From NCBI GenBank assembly GCA_002376545.1, contig DFOH01000041.1, positions 48,250 to 112,249 on the forward strand: 64,000 nt of DNA, written 5' to 3'. The position numbers and the translations under genes were made by a program. The notes under the pieces are model-generated. The model did not search any database. It saw only the letters and a program-made list of their open reading frames with translations, and was not told where the DNA came from. Of this stretch, positions 9,621-19,461 are shown one piece after another. Every line of letters begins with the position of its first letter. Within the stretch, counting starts at the first letter, position 1. Source of the DNA: Firmicutes bacterium UBA3546. GTDB taxonomy: Bacteria > Bacillota > Clostridia > Tissierellales > Proteiniboraceae.

Positions 9621-11116
9621 TAAGCTTTTTTCTTATGCAAAAGCTTCTCTTTATACATCTGCCTGTCTGCATTATCAATAATTTGCTCTAAATCAAACTT
9701 CATGCCCGATTTAAAATGAAACAGACCATGACTAGCTGTTATAGGATAAGGCAGACTGCTTAGCTTATTTGTTCTGTCAAAGCTTTGTAGAAGCCTTCTC
9801 CATAGATTTTCGACTTCGTGCATAGTTTTATTCATAAATACTATAATAAATTCGTCTCCTCCCATTCGGAAAAACATATCATCCTCATGTATTTCTTGTA
9901 TTATTAATCTACAAAAGGTTTTAATATAATTATCCCCTTCTAAATGTCCATAAGTATCGTTAACAATCTTTAAATCATTTATATCAATGAAACAGAGAAC
10001 AAATTCCATATATTTATTTTTAGATTCATTTATCAGCTCTTGTATTATTTTCATACCCATTCTTCTATTAAGAATGCCCGTAAGCATATCTGTAGAAGCA
10101 TATTTTGAAAGCTCCTCTTCAATTTTTCTTTTTTCTGTAATATCCATTATGCCAGTTAATATACACTCTTCTCCCTGATAATCAACTAGTTCATGATTAG
10201 AACATACCCATCTGTTTTTTCCTTTAACATTGTATTCGACAATGCGATTATGAATACTCTTATTCCTCTTTAATTCTCTGATAATATCAATCCTATTTTC
10301 TTTTCTTACATATATAGCATTTATGTTAAAGTCTTCTAATTCATCTTGGCTTAATCCTATGAAGCTACAAGCCTGTTCGCTAGCTTTTATAACCTTTCCA
10401 TCTTTTAGCCTTGTAATAAAAACTGGGAATGGATTTATATAAAACAGTCTTTTAAAATTTTCCTCACTTTCCTGAAGCCTTCTCTTGTTTATAAAATCGC
10501 TCATCATAAATCTATAAAAAGAAAAAGAGAGCAGTAAAGCTATACCAAAAATAGCTGTAGAGTTAATTTGCTTTGCTGCAAGTACATACTTATCATCGTT
10601 CAGTATGCCAATGCCCACTAAAAAAATTATGTGATTTACTCCGAATATAAATAACATATACAATGGTTTTATAGTAAATGCAACCGCAGTAACAAGTACC
10701 ATAATTATATAGGAATTTATATTGCCAGTAAGTTTTTGACTATTTATTGAGGAAAGTGTACCGACAAGAACATATAAGAAAGCATACACTCTTGGAGTTA
10801 CAGCTGTTATATTAAACTTATCCCAAGCATCTCTTTTCGAAATCTGCTTATAGAATATTAAATACAAAATAGATGCAACTACACTTGTTACGTGTAAAGA
10901 CATTATAGTTATCTTATAAATCTTATCTGTTATATTCTTAATTACTATTAAATCAAAATATAAAAAAGGCACAGCCATGCAGATTGCGGCAATGGAAATG
11001 GTTCTTATTCTGCTTAGTACTAATAGATTATTATACTGCTCAAAGTCTATATAAATTTTATCTGCTTTCTTACTTGTATTTATGAAAAATTTAAAGCTAT
11101 CTTTTATCCATCTCAT
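9620..11116 (-). CDS. Membrane-anchored PAS-GGDEF diguanylate cyclase
   Basis: About 8 predicted TM helices at the N-terminus, then a PAS-like region and a GGDEF domain (RMGGDEFIIVF). Start MRWIKDSF has RBS AAGGAA and a TATAAT just upstream. Confidence 0.75.
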   Translation of the reverse strand: MRWIKDSFKFFINTSKKADKIYIDFEQYNNLLVLSRIRTISIAAICMAVPFLYFDLIVIKNITDKIYKITIMSLHVTSVVASILYLIFYKQISKRDAWDKFNITAVTPRVYAFLYVLVGTLSSINSQKLTGNINSYIIMVLVTAVAFTIKPLYMLFIFGVNHIIFLVGIGILNDDKYVLAAKQINSTAIFGIALLLSFSFYRFMMSDFINKRRLQESEENFKRLFYINPFPVFITRLKDGKVIKASEQACSFIGLSQDELEDFNINAIYVRKENRIDIIRELKRNKSIHNRIVEYNVKGKNRWVCSNHELVDYQGEECILTGIMDITEKRKIEEELSKYASTDMLTGILNRRMGMKIIQELINESKNKYMEFVLCFIDINDLKIVNDTYGHLEGDNYIKTFCRLIIQEIHEDDMFFRMGGDEFIIVFMNKTMHEVENLWRRLLQSFDRTNKLSSLPYPITASHGLFHFKSGMKFDLEQIIDNADRQMYKEKLLHKKKA

Positions 11117-11357
11117 ATTATCTATTCCTTTTTTAAGATTCAATACTCTATATATTATAAAATAGAGTTATGTAAACTAAATAAATAGAAAAAACCAGTT
11201 CATGTGACAAAAAGAAAAAGATGAACCTGCACAGAAAAATTCAAAGAACAAAAGTTAGCTACGATAAAAGCATTACTTTTATCTACAGTATATCAGTAAT
11301 GTACAAAGTCGTGCAAGTCCCAAAGAAGCTATGATGGGAAAATATTAGGATGTCGTA

Positions 11358-11410
11358 CTAGTTAAACAGCCTTAGCTTGATGTATCAAGCTAAGGCTGTT
11401 TAAGGTTTTT
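11358..11410 (+). terminator. Orphan strong hairpin with T-run (plus-strand orientation)
   Basis: aaacagccttagcttgat-gt-atcaagctaaggctgttt followed by aaggttttt. No ORF of 60 aa or more lies upstream on the plus strand. Confidence 0.45.
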
Positions 11411-11444
11411 CACTATAAACTTAACAAGGTGCTATTAAAGTTTT

Positions 11445-11507
11445 TTATTCTACTCCTGCTATTAATAATATTATTGAGCATAGGCTTGCAAAATTGCTTA
11501 TTTTCTA
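11445..11507 (-). pseudogene. Decayed 3' remnant of a pmbA/tldE paralog
   Basis: Minus-strand translation ...*KISNFASLCSIILLIAGVE* matches the C-terminus KINNFSGPKSIKLLNISIAGVE* of the intact PmbA at 26097. The 22 nt ttttttattctactcctgctat are identical in both places, with stop codons just upstream. Confidence 0.55.
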
Positions 11508-11603
11508 AGTTTTTTAATATCAAATACGTACTTAATATCCTGCTTATAAGCAAATTCTTTTATACTTCTTTTTATTCACTACAGATTTATAAGTCATGAA
11601 ATT

Positions 11604-12863
11604 CTATTTTAAATATTCTACTATTCTGATAAGAGTATCATCACTACCAAAGCCGCCTGCTTTTGTAATTATTTGAACATTATACTTATTGCTAAGTATA
11701 TCTGATGCAACTACCCCTAAAAAAATCTCATTTTGTGGTACAATTCCATTGCACCCTAGTGCTTTTATAATTCCAAAGGCAGTATCTCCTCCAAAAATTA
11801 CTAAATGCCCTATAGTTGTCTTATCTAATACCTGTTTTACCATTTTTCCAATGTTTTCTGCTATCAATAAATGTGCTTTTTTGGGATTTATATTTAACTT
11901 TACTGAATAATCTAGACATTCTTTCACCTGACTTCTATCCTCAGCTGTCTTTATAATAATCTTGTCACCTTTATTAATCTTAGAGACAATATCATGTATG
12001 AAAGCCTCTCCCTCACTACTATTAAAATAGTCATGAGCTAGCAACTGTTTTGGTGTAAGAATTATACTTTTATATCCAAGCTTTTCTGAATACTTTACTT
12101 GGTTGATTGATGCTGTATTGACACTACCTGAGATGATTAAGCTACTCAATTCATATTGCTTAGTTTCTGCTTTGTCTCTTTTTAGCTCTAAAATTTCAGT
12201 CAATATTCCCGCAAACCCTGCACATCCCGCGGTTAACTTTAGCTTTTTTCTTTCCTTAAGCACTTTTCCTATTTTCATTAAATCCAAATCATTCTGAGCA
12301 TCAAAAACATAAATTGCCTGTTTATCTTCCTTTAGCTGGAATGTCTCGTAATCCTTTTGCTTTATTGTCACTACTTCAATATTTGACTGGGAATTAATAA
12401 TCTCCGCAATACTACTGTGTTTAGTAGGTTCAAAAGGGTCATTTGCATATGCAGTTTTATTTAATGGTTTTCCATCTACATAATGCTGACCATTTATTGT
12501 AGTTCGATTTGCCTTTGGAAATGATGGTATGAAGAATAATTCATTGCTGTTACATGCCTTGATTGCGCCAGCAAGCTCACTTCCTATATTACCTCTCAAG
12601 GTTGAATCTGTTTTCTTATAAATATACTTAATTCCATATTCCTTCGCTTTGTCTACAACCTTTTTAACTTTTAAAAATGCCTCAAAAGAATTTATATGCC
12701 TAGTTTCAATATCTAAAACAACTACTTGGATTTTTTCATCTAATAATTCATATTTAATATTTTCATCAGTACTTACAATCGTCGGGATATCTTTTTTTGA
12801 GAATTGAACCCCAGTGTCAAGCGCCCCAGTAAAATCATCTGCTATTACAAGTAGCTTAACCAT
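11604..12863 (-). CDS. DUF1537 four-carbon acid-sugar kinase family protein (OtnK/DtnK-like)
   Basis: N-terminus MVKLLVIADDFTGALDTGVQF is typical of the YgbK/OtnK family. RBS GAGGTGA. It is the last gene of the operon. Confidence 0.7.
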   Translation of the reverse strand: MVKLLVIADDFTGALDTGVQFSKKDIPTIVSTDENIKYELLDEKIQVVVLDIETRHINSFEAFLKVKKVVDKAKEYGIKYIYKKTDSTLRGNIGSELAGAIKACNSNELFFIPSFPKANRTTINGQHYVDGKPLNKTAYANDPFEPTKHSSIAEIINSQSNIEVVTIKQKDYETFQLKEDKQAIYVFDAQNDLDLMKIGKVLKERKKLKLTAGCAGFAGILTEILELKRDKAETKQYELSSLIISGSVNTASINQVKYSEKLGYKSIILTPKQLLAHDYFNSSEGEAFIHDIVSKINKGDKIIIKTAEDRSQVKECLDYSVKLNINPKKAHLLIAENIGKMVKQVLDKTTIGHLVIFGGDTAFGIIKALGCNGIVPQNEIFLGVVASDILSNKYNVQIITKAGGFGSDDTLIRIVEYLK

Positions 12864-12923
12864 TATGTCACCTCTCTTACATTGATAGGCACTCTTAATC
12901 TAAATCCACCATCATAAAAATTA

Positions 12924-13958
12924 TTAATCTACATCAATTATTATCTTTCCAGCATCGCCACTTTGCGCAAGCTGAATTGCCTCTTCTACTTTTTCTAATT
13001 TGAAGTGATGAGTAATTACTTTCTCTGGAGTCACCATTCCTGACCTAATAATCTCGTCAGCAGCATACCAGCTTTTATACATATGTCTTCCTGTAATTCC
13101 GTAAATTCTTGCTTCTTTATATATCACATCATTTACTAAATCCAATGAAGTCTTTTTTGAATGCAGTCCAATTAAAGACACCCATCCGCCTTTTCTCAAA
13201 GCTTTCAATCCAGAGTTTAAGGCAGCTTCACTTCCTGTAAGCTCTATTATGGCTCCTGCCCCCAATCCATTTGTTTTGCTAAGTACAATTTCCTCTAAAT
13301 TGTCAGTATTAGTATTTATTGTGTAGTCCGCACCCATTTGTCTAGCCATTCTTAGTCTAGGTTCATTTCTGTCAACAGCAAATACCTGTGAGGCTCCAAA
13401 TGCTTTTGCTACTTCTGTAGCAAAACATCCTATTGGTCCACATCCTAAGACTACTACTGGAACACCAGCCACTTGCTCAGCTTGTAAAGCATGTACCGCA
13501 ATGCCAAAAGGCTCATATATGGCTCCTATTGACGGATCTGTTGATTCGTCCAATTTCCATGCGCATGCTTCTGGCAGTACTGTATATTCAGCAAAAGCCC
13601 CATCAGTATGGACACCTATTATCTTCATATTATTGCATACATGCTGATTACCTGTTCTACATTGAAAGCAAATACCACAAGGTATGTGAGTCTCTGCACA
13701 CACCAAATCTCCTACTTTGAAGTTCTTAACTAAATTACCTACTTCAACAACTTCTCCACAATACTCATGCCCTATTACCATTGGATTCTTAGCTCCTACA
13801 TTCTCGCACCATTCATTCCAATGATAAAGATGTATATCAGTACCACAAATAGCAGCAGACTTAACTTTTACTAACATTTCATCAGGCTTAATTTTGGGTA
13901 CATCTATGTCTTTAAGAACTACTCCCTTACTTCTGTTAACTTTCATAATGGCTTTCAT
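12924..13958 (-). CDS. Zn-dependent medium-chain alcohol dehydrogenase, L-threonine 3-dehydrogenase-like
   Basis: MKAIMKV...ICGTDIHLY..GHEYCGEV..GCGPIG motifs. Start is preceded by GGAGGG; the track's upstream extension overlaps the pdxA stop. Confidence 0.7.
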   Translation of the reverse strand: MKAIMKVNRSKGVVLKDIDVPKIKPDEMLVKVKSAAICGTDIHLYHWNEWCENVGAKNPMVIGHEYCGEVVEVGNLVKNFKVGDLVCAETHIPCGICFQCRTGNQHVCNNMKIIGVHTDGAFAEYTVLPEACAWKLDESTDPSIGAIYEPFGIAVHALQAEQVAGVPVVVLGCGPIGCFATEVAKAFGASQVFAVDRNEPRLRMARQMGADYTINTNTDNLEEIVLSKTNGLGAGAIIELTGSEAALNSGLKALRKGGWVSLIGLHSKKTSLDLVNDVIYKEARIYGITGRHMYKSWYAADEIIRSGMVTPEKVITHHFKLEKVEEAIQLAQSGDAGKIIIDVD

Positions 13959-13974
13959 GTAATTGCCCTCCATT

Positions 13975-15012
13975 CTACCTTCTATTTTTAGCAAGCTTAG
14001 CTCCATAATCAATTGCATTTAACATGCTTTCGGCATTTGCTGTTCCTTTACCAGCTTTTCCAAAAGCAGTACCATGGTCTACAGATGTTCTTATAATTGG
14101 TAATCCAAGAGTTATATTGACTCCACTTACGGATTCCCACTTATTTTTTTCTTCGTCCCAATTAAATCCTACCACTTTGAGAGGTATGTGTCCTTGATCA
14201 TGATACATAGCAACGACGATATCATATTGTCCTCCCTTTGCTTTAGAAAATAATGTATCTGGAGGAACAGGTCCATCTACATTCATTCCTAGCCTAGTTG
14301 CTTCATTTATAGCTGGTTTTATCTCCTTTTCTTCTTCCCAACCAAACATTCCACTTTCCCCTGCATGAGGATTTAATCCCGCAACCCCTATTCTTGGATT
14401 ATCTATTCCAAATCCTCTCATTGTATCATAAGCTAATTCAATAACCTCTAATACTCTATCCTTTTTAACATTATCACATGCTTGTCTTAGTGAAACATGA
14501 GTAGATACATGAACAACTCTCAAATTTCCATCGGCAAGCATCATGGTATAATTCTTTGTTTTTGTGAAATTAGCATATATTTCAGTATGTCCATTATAAT
14601 GATACCCTGCTAAATTTAGTGCTTCCTTATTTAAAGGTCCAGTTACTGTCCCATCTACTTCTCCCGCCATTGCAAGGTCTATTGCCTTTTTTACAGCATC
14701 AAATGCTGCTTTCCCAGACATAGCTTGTACCTCTCCATGCTTTAATTGGTTAATATCCACATCCTTCAAATCTATTACATCGATTGCTCCATGTTCAAAT
14801 TTAGCATCTCTTACTTCATAGATAGGTCTAACTTTTAAGTTTAATCTGGCTATATGATTCACCGCATGCTCAATAATTTTTGCATCTCCTATTATCAGAG
14901 GTCTGCAAATATTATATATGCTTTCTTCTCCCAATGCTTTTACAGCTATCTCAGGCCCTATTCCTGAAGGATCTCCCATTGTAATTGCAAGTATAGGCAG
15001 TTGAACTTTCAT
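13975..15012 (-). CDS. pdxA: PdxA-family NAD-dependent 4-hydroxythreonate-4-phosphate dehydrogenase-like oxidative decarboxylase
   Basis: MKVQLPILAITMGDPSGIGPEI...AMYHDQGHIPLK with conserved His ligands. RBS GGAGGG. Confidence 0.75.
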   Translation of the reverse strand: MKVQLPILAITMGDPSGIGPEIAVKALGEESIYNICRPLIIGDAKIIEHAVNHIARLNLKVRPIYEVRDAKFEHGAIDVIDLKDVDINQLKHGEVQAMSGKAAFDAVKKAIDLAMAGEVDGTVTGPLNKEALNLAGYHYNGHTEIYANFTKTKNYTMMLADGNLRVVHVSTHVSLRQACDNVKKDRVLEVIELAYDTMRGFGIDNPRIGVAGLNPHAGESGMFGWEEEKEIKPAINEATRLGMNVDGPVPPDTLFSKAKGGQYDIVVAMYHDQGHIPLKVVGFNWDEEKNKWESVSGVNITLGLPIIRTSVDHGTAFGKAGKGTANAESMLNAIDYGAKLAKNRR

Positions 15013-15013
15013 G

Positions 15014-15679
15014 CTAACCCTCCAATTCTAATACATGTTTTAATTGTTCTACCCCAGAACGAGGGCTAGTAAGCACAGGTATTTTTATATGATTAAGATA
15101 TGGTAACAATATAGCCATGCTACCTTGAGCAAGTACGATAACATCGCTATTTTTAGCTACCTCTTCTATAGCCCCTAGTACCATTCTATTATGCTTCTCT
15201 CTATCTCCTTCTTCCATAAGCACTCTTATGGCACCATCTACTAGTACTTTATTAATGTCAACTTTTTTGTCTAATTCAGCAGCAGTCCTTTCAATAAGCC
15301 TCACACTAGGGTCAAGTGTAGTAGCTACTGTGCCAATTACAGATATTCTTCTCCCAATTTTCACTGCTTCTCTAGCCATAGGTTCATCAATCTTCAAATA
15401 TGGAATCGTCAACATATTTCTAGCTACATCTACAGCTTCTCCTACAGATGAGCATTGATTTAAAATAATGTGTGCACCCATTTCCTCAGCTTGTATAGCA
15501 TATATACATATTCTTTTAATAACAGACTCTGTAAGCCCTCCAGACCTCATAACATCTTCTAAGAGGCTGTCATCTATAATATTTATCATTTCAACTTCAG
15601 GTACTATTTCTTTAAATAATTCTTTTAAATCCATTACAGTAAGTAAATTTGTATGAATTACAGCAACCTTTTTTTTCAA
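15014..15679 (-). CDS. Asp/Glu/hydantoin racemase superfamily protein
   Basis: About 220 aa (KKVAVIHT...LNQCSSVG...VLAQGSMA). Probable TTG start after AAAGGTG. The longer track ORF overlaps the upstream gene. Confidence 0.5.
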   Translation of the reverse strand: MKKKVAVIHTNLLTVMDLKELFKEIVPEVEMINIIDDSLLEDVMRSGGLTESVIKRICIYAIQAEEMGAHIILNQCSSVGEAVDVARNMLTIPYLKIDEPMAREAVKIGRRISVIGTVATTLDPSVRLIERTAAELDKKVDINKVLVDGAIRVLMEEGDREKHNRMVLGAIEEVAKNSDVIVLAQGSMAILLPYLNHIKIPVLTSPRSGVEQLKHVLELEG

Positions 15680-15713
15680 TTTTCTCACACCTTTCTTTAA
15701 ACTTGTTTTGGAA

Positions 15714-16808
15714 CTAATAAGAGCCTCTCGCTGCAATCTCCCAGATACCTTCAATTTTTCCTTTCCTGACTACATAAATTTGATTATATAAGTTAGTAGT
15801 AGTGCAGCAATGGCTTGGCACTAGATGTACCTTATCACCTACTGCTAGTCCTATATATGGAGTTAATGCACGACATTTTGCATGCTCCTCAGCTAGCTTT
15901 ACTACCTCAACATTTTCTACTCCTTTGATTTTTGGAACCTCTCTCTCAGGTGATATGGATTTCATTCCTGTATTTAAAATAACTGTTTCATCATCAGGAG
16001 TGCTTACTACAGAAGCAAGAACTGTAAGAGATTGTTCAAAAGGTAATCCTACCTTTTCATAAGTTAAGTCCATGAAAATATATGAACCAGCCTGAATCTC
16101 CGTAATTCCTGGATATTCTCCAGCTATATCAAAGGTTCCGCTTCCAGCTCCACTTACTATTTCTACAGGCACTCCAGCCTTTCTTATAGCCTCAGCAGTA
16201 TCAACAAGATACTTATTAGCTTTTCTGCCTGTCTCTTGTCTTTCATGTCTATCTTTTATGAATACTGCATGTCCTTCATAGCCCATGATTCCAAGGAAAT
16301 TTATATTTTTTAGAGAATTTGCAAGCTTTGCTAGCTCAACTGCTGCTTCAGTGCTTCTTGCGCCACATCTTCCCATTCCTACATCAATCTCAATTATTAC
16401 TCCCAAGTCAACCCCAATTTCAAAGGATGCTTCTGATAATTTCTTTAAATTTTCAGTATCATCTACTGCAACCATCATATTAGCATATCGCGCTAAGCTA
16501 ACTAGACGTCTTATTTTATCTTCGTCCTTCACTTCATTGGCAATTAATATATTATCAAGACCTGAATTTACCATAACTTCTGCTTCACTTATGGTTGCAC
16601 AGCAGAGTCCTATTGCTCCTGATTTTATTTGTTGATGTGCTATCATAGGTGTTTTATGCGTTTTCGTGTGTGGTCTTAAACTTACTCCTTGTTTTAATAA
16701 ATATTGCATCATCTTCTTCATATTACTTTCAAATATATCAGCATCCAACACTAATGCTGGAGTTGGTATCAAATCTTGCGATAATCCTATAAGATAAGAA
16801 TTGTTCAT
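15714..16808 (-). CDS. DSD1-like fold-type III PLP enzyme (D-serine dehydratase-like / D-threonine aldolase family)
   Basis: RPHTKTHKTP PLP-lysine motif with an alanine-racemase-N-like domain. Start MNNSYL is preceded by GGAGGT. Confidence 0.65.
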   Translation of the reverse strand: MNNSYLIGLSQDLIPTPALVLDADIFESNMKKMMQYLLKQGVSLRPHTKTHKTPMIAHQQIKSGAIGLCCATISEAEVMVNSGLDNILIANEVKDEDKIRRLVSLARYANMMVAVDDTENLKKLSEASFEIGVDLGVIIEIDVGMGRCGARSTEAAVELAKLANSLKNINFLGIMGYEGHAVFIKDRHERQETGRKANKYLVDTAEAIRKAGVPVEIVSGAGSGTFDIAGEYPGITEIQAGSYIFMDLTYEKVGLPFEQSLTVLASVVSTPDDETVILNTGMKSISPEREVPKIKGVENVEVVKLAEEHAKCRALTPYIGLAVGDKVHLVPSHCCTTTNLYNQIYVVRKGKIEGIWEIAARGSY

Positions 16809-16826
16809 TTTTATATACCTCCGCAT

Positions 16827-18248
16827 TTATATTCTAGGACGTCCTCCATAGAACCATCCTGATTCAAGGTCTACCACCTTTGCCTTAAGTCCACGCTTCT
16901 TAACAGCATTAACTCCTAGTTCAGTTGTTAATACTGTAGTGCCTTTTCCTAACACCACTCCATCTAACATTATGATATTTCCTGAACATACTGCACCGTA
17001 TGCTCTTCCGCTTGTTCCATCAAGTATTGTAATATCTGCATCTGCACCAACTCCAAGATGTCCTTTATCTTTAAGACCAAAAATTTTAGCAGGATTAATA
17101 CTTGTCTTTGTTACAAACTCTTCCCATGTAAGCATATCCATTCTTACAAGAGCTGTTCCTTTCTCTACAATGAAATTTCTTGGAATAGAGCCACCATCAG
17201 TTGATATTGCATCTACTATGAATCTGCCAGATTTAGCTTTTTGTGTTGCTAGCAAAAATCTAGTCGATGCAGGCGTAACAGGAAAAGTGCATGTTACATC
17301 TGTTCCTTCCTTATCAAAATATTCTATCCCTTCCTTACCTGTAAGTCTTAAATTGTCGTTTCCAACATGACATACCACCGACGCCCATCCATCTAGTATA
17401 GCCTGTCTAAGACCTTTCTCTGTTCCTTCATATCCTCCCATGCTTAAAGAATTTTTAACTCCATTAGATTCAGGCATTCCATCAGAACACTTAGCTGGTG
17501 TTCCACTAAATACAGAAAGATATGATTCACTGAAAATATTTGGATTATCCTCTAAAATTCTCAGTGCCTCCAATGTTTCTTCAATGGGATCACCTAATAC
17601 TTGTCCACGACAATAAGAATTTACATGTACTAGGTCCATAGAAAATCCCTTAGCTATATCTACAGCATCCTTAAAGCTATTAAAATTCCCAACTCCATTT
17701 TTTGTAGTTCCTACATGAAAGGCTACATATGCTTTTTTATGATTTGCAACTTCTACTACTCTTTGTGTTGCCTCTGGAGTCATAGGATAGTGACCACCTA
17801 ATAGCTTCATACCAATTGCTCCTTCATCCAAGCTTTTATCAATAAGCTCACTTATCTCTGTTTTTGTTGGAGCTATTCCACTAATGTTCCAACCTGGTCT
17901 TATCATCTGTAAACAAATCATATTCATTCCAGTACCATTATTGATAGAAAAATCATAGAATTCGTGAAGTGGACCTCCACAATCCATTGCAGTAACTGTT
18001 CCTGCTCTTGCTAGCATACTCATAGCAGCTTGTCCGCCTTTGCCCGTAAAGCCAGTATGTACATGCATGTCTATGATTCCTGGAACAATAGTCTTTCCCT
18101 TAGCATCGAGTACTTTTATGCCCTTATTAGTATTTATTTCTTCAGCAACCTCAACCACTTTGCCTCCATCAATCCCAATATCTCTTTGACCATGTATTTT
18201 ATTTTCCGGGTCTATAACAGTTCCATTTTTTATTATTAAATCGAACAT
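16827..18248 (-). CDS. Metal-dependent amidohydrolase family protein
   Basis: N-terminal ...GIIDMHVHTGF (HxH metal motif), 473 aa. RBS AGGAGG. Confidence 0.65.
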   Translation of the reverse strand: MFDLIIKNGTVIDPENKIHGQRDIGIDGGKVVEVAEEINTNKGIKVLDAKGKTIVPGIIDMHVHTGFTGKGGQAAMSMLARAGTVTAMDCGGPLHEFYDFSINNGTGMNMICLQMIRPGWNISGIAPTKTEISELIDKSLDEGAIGMKLLGGHYPMTPEATQRVVEVANHKKAYVAFHVGTTKNGVGNFNSFKDAVDIAKGFSMDLVHVNSYCRGQVLGDPIEETLEALRILEDNPNIFSESYLSVFSGTPAKCSDGMPESNGVKNSLSMGGYEGTEKGLRQAILDGWASVVCHVGNDNLRLTGKEGIEYFDKEGTDVTCTFPVTPASTRFLLATQKAKSGRFIVDAISTDGGSIPRNFIVEKGTALVRMDMLTWEEFVTKTSINPAKIFGLKDKGHLGVGADADITILDGTSGRAYGAVCSGNIIMLDGVVLGKGTTVLTTELGVNAVKKRGLKAKVVDLESGWFYGGRPRI

Positions 18249-18276
18249 TTAGTAACCTCCTTTCATCGCCAATTCC

Positions 18277-19404
18277 TCAATCCAAGTCTCCATTAAAAGC
18301 TTTAACATAGATTGATTTTATGCTATCCTTACTTAAATCAATTGGATTATTTTTAAGAAGTCTTTCTTGCATCATGGCCTCTTCTAAAACAATGTCAATA
18401 TCCTCCTCTGGAATATTAGCGTCTTTTAGTCTGTAAGGAACATTTATCTTTCTAAATCCATCTATAATAGGATTTATTAAACCTCTTATATCAGAAACCT
18501 CAATAGCTTTTTTCAGAGTATTTACTTTTTCAACTTTTAAAGAATCAAGATACAACATAACATAGGGATACAGCATTGCTACTCCTTGGCTATGTGAAAT
18601 TCCGTATTTAGCCAATGGATAGGCAAGAGCATGTACACTGCACGTACCTGCATTTGTTAATGCTGCACCGCCAAGTAATGAACCTAATGCCATATCTTGT
18701 CTAGCTACTAGATTATCGCCATTATCAATAGCTGCATGTAGAGATTTATATATAAGTTTGGTACCTTTAATTGCCAATTCATCTGACCACAAGGAGCCAT
18801 TCTTAGATAAAAAGGATTCTACACAATGTGCTAATGCATCTATCCCTGTCAATGCAGTAAGTTTTGGTGGAAGAGTAATCATTAGTTCTGGGTCGACTAT
18901 AGCTATTTCTGGTATCATATGTCTGCTTACTACTGCTTTTTTATTTTTTTCTTTATCGAGGAAAATAGCATTTGGAGTAGCTTCAGAACCGGTGCCACTT
19001 GTTGTAGGTATCATAATCATTGGGATACCATGTTTGGAAAAGCTAATATTACTTAAATCGTTTATTTTTGTACATCCATTTCCCTTTACCCAAGCTACTA
19101 ATTTTGCAGTATCTAATACACTTCCACCACCAAGTCCTATACATATGTCTGCGTCGAATCCTTCGGCTAATTTTAAGCATTCATTAACAACCTCAATATC
19201 TGGTTCTCCTTTAAATGAGGAAAAAGTCAATACTTCTAGCCCTATAGATGTTAATTTAGTTTCTAAGTGTGCTCTAAAAGGTCTATCACTTAAAAGCAGT
19301 ACTCTTTCAGCATTCATTTGCTCGATTTCCGTACAAACTTGATTATACGCTCCTGCTCCAAAAATTACTCTGCCTGGAGTATTTAAGCTTATTAAATTAT
19401 CCAC
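18277..19404 (-). CDS. Iron-containing (group III) alcohol dehydrogenase
   Basis: GGGSVLDTAK motif and conserved His residues. GTG start after GGGGGT. Confidence 0.7.
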   Translation of the reverse strand: MDNLISLNTPGRVIFGAGAYNQVCTEIEQMNAERVLLLSDRPFRAHLETKLTSIGLEVLTFSSFKGEPDIEVVNECLKLAEGFDADICIGLGGGSVLDTAKLVAWVKGNGCTKINDLSNISFSKHGIPMIMIPTTSGTGSEATPNAIFLDKEKNKKAVVSRHMIPEIAIVDPELMITLPPKLTALTGIDALAHCVESFLSKNGSLWSDELAIKGTKLIYKSLHAAIDNGDNLVARQDMALGSLLGGAALTNAGTCSVHALAYPLAKYGISHSQGVAMLYPYVMLYLDSLKVEKVNTLKKAIEVSDIRGLINPIIDGFRKINVPYRLKDANIPEEDIDIVLEEAMMQERLLKNNPIDLSKDSIKSIYVKAFNGDLD

Positions 19405-19461
19405 AACTTTACCCCCTTGTTTTTTATGTTATTATCATATGTATTATTTCTCTACTTTCTA

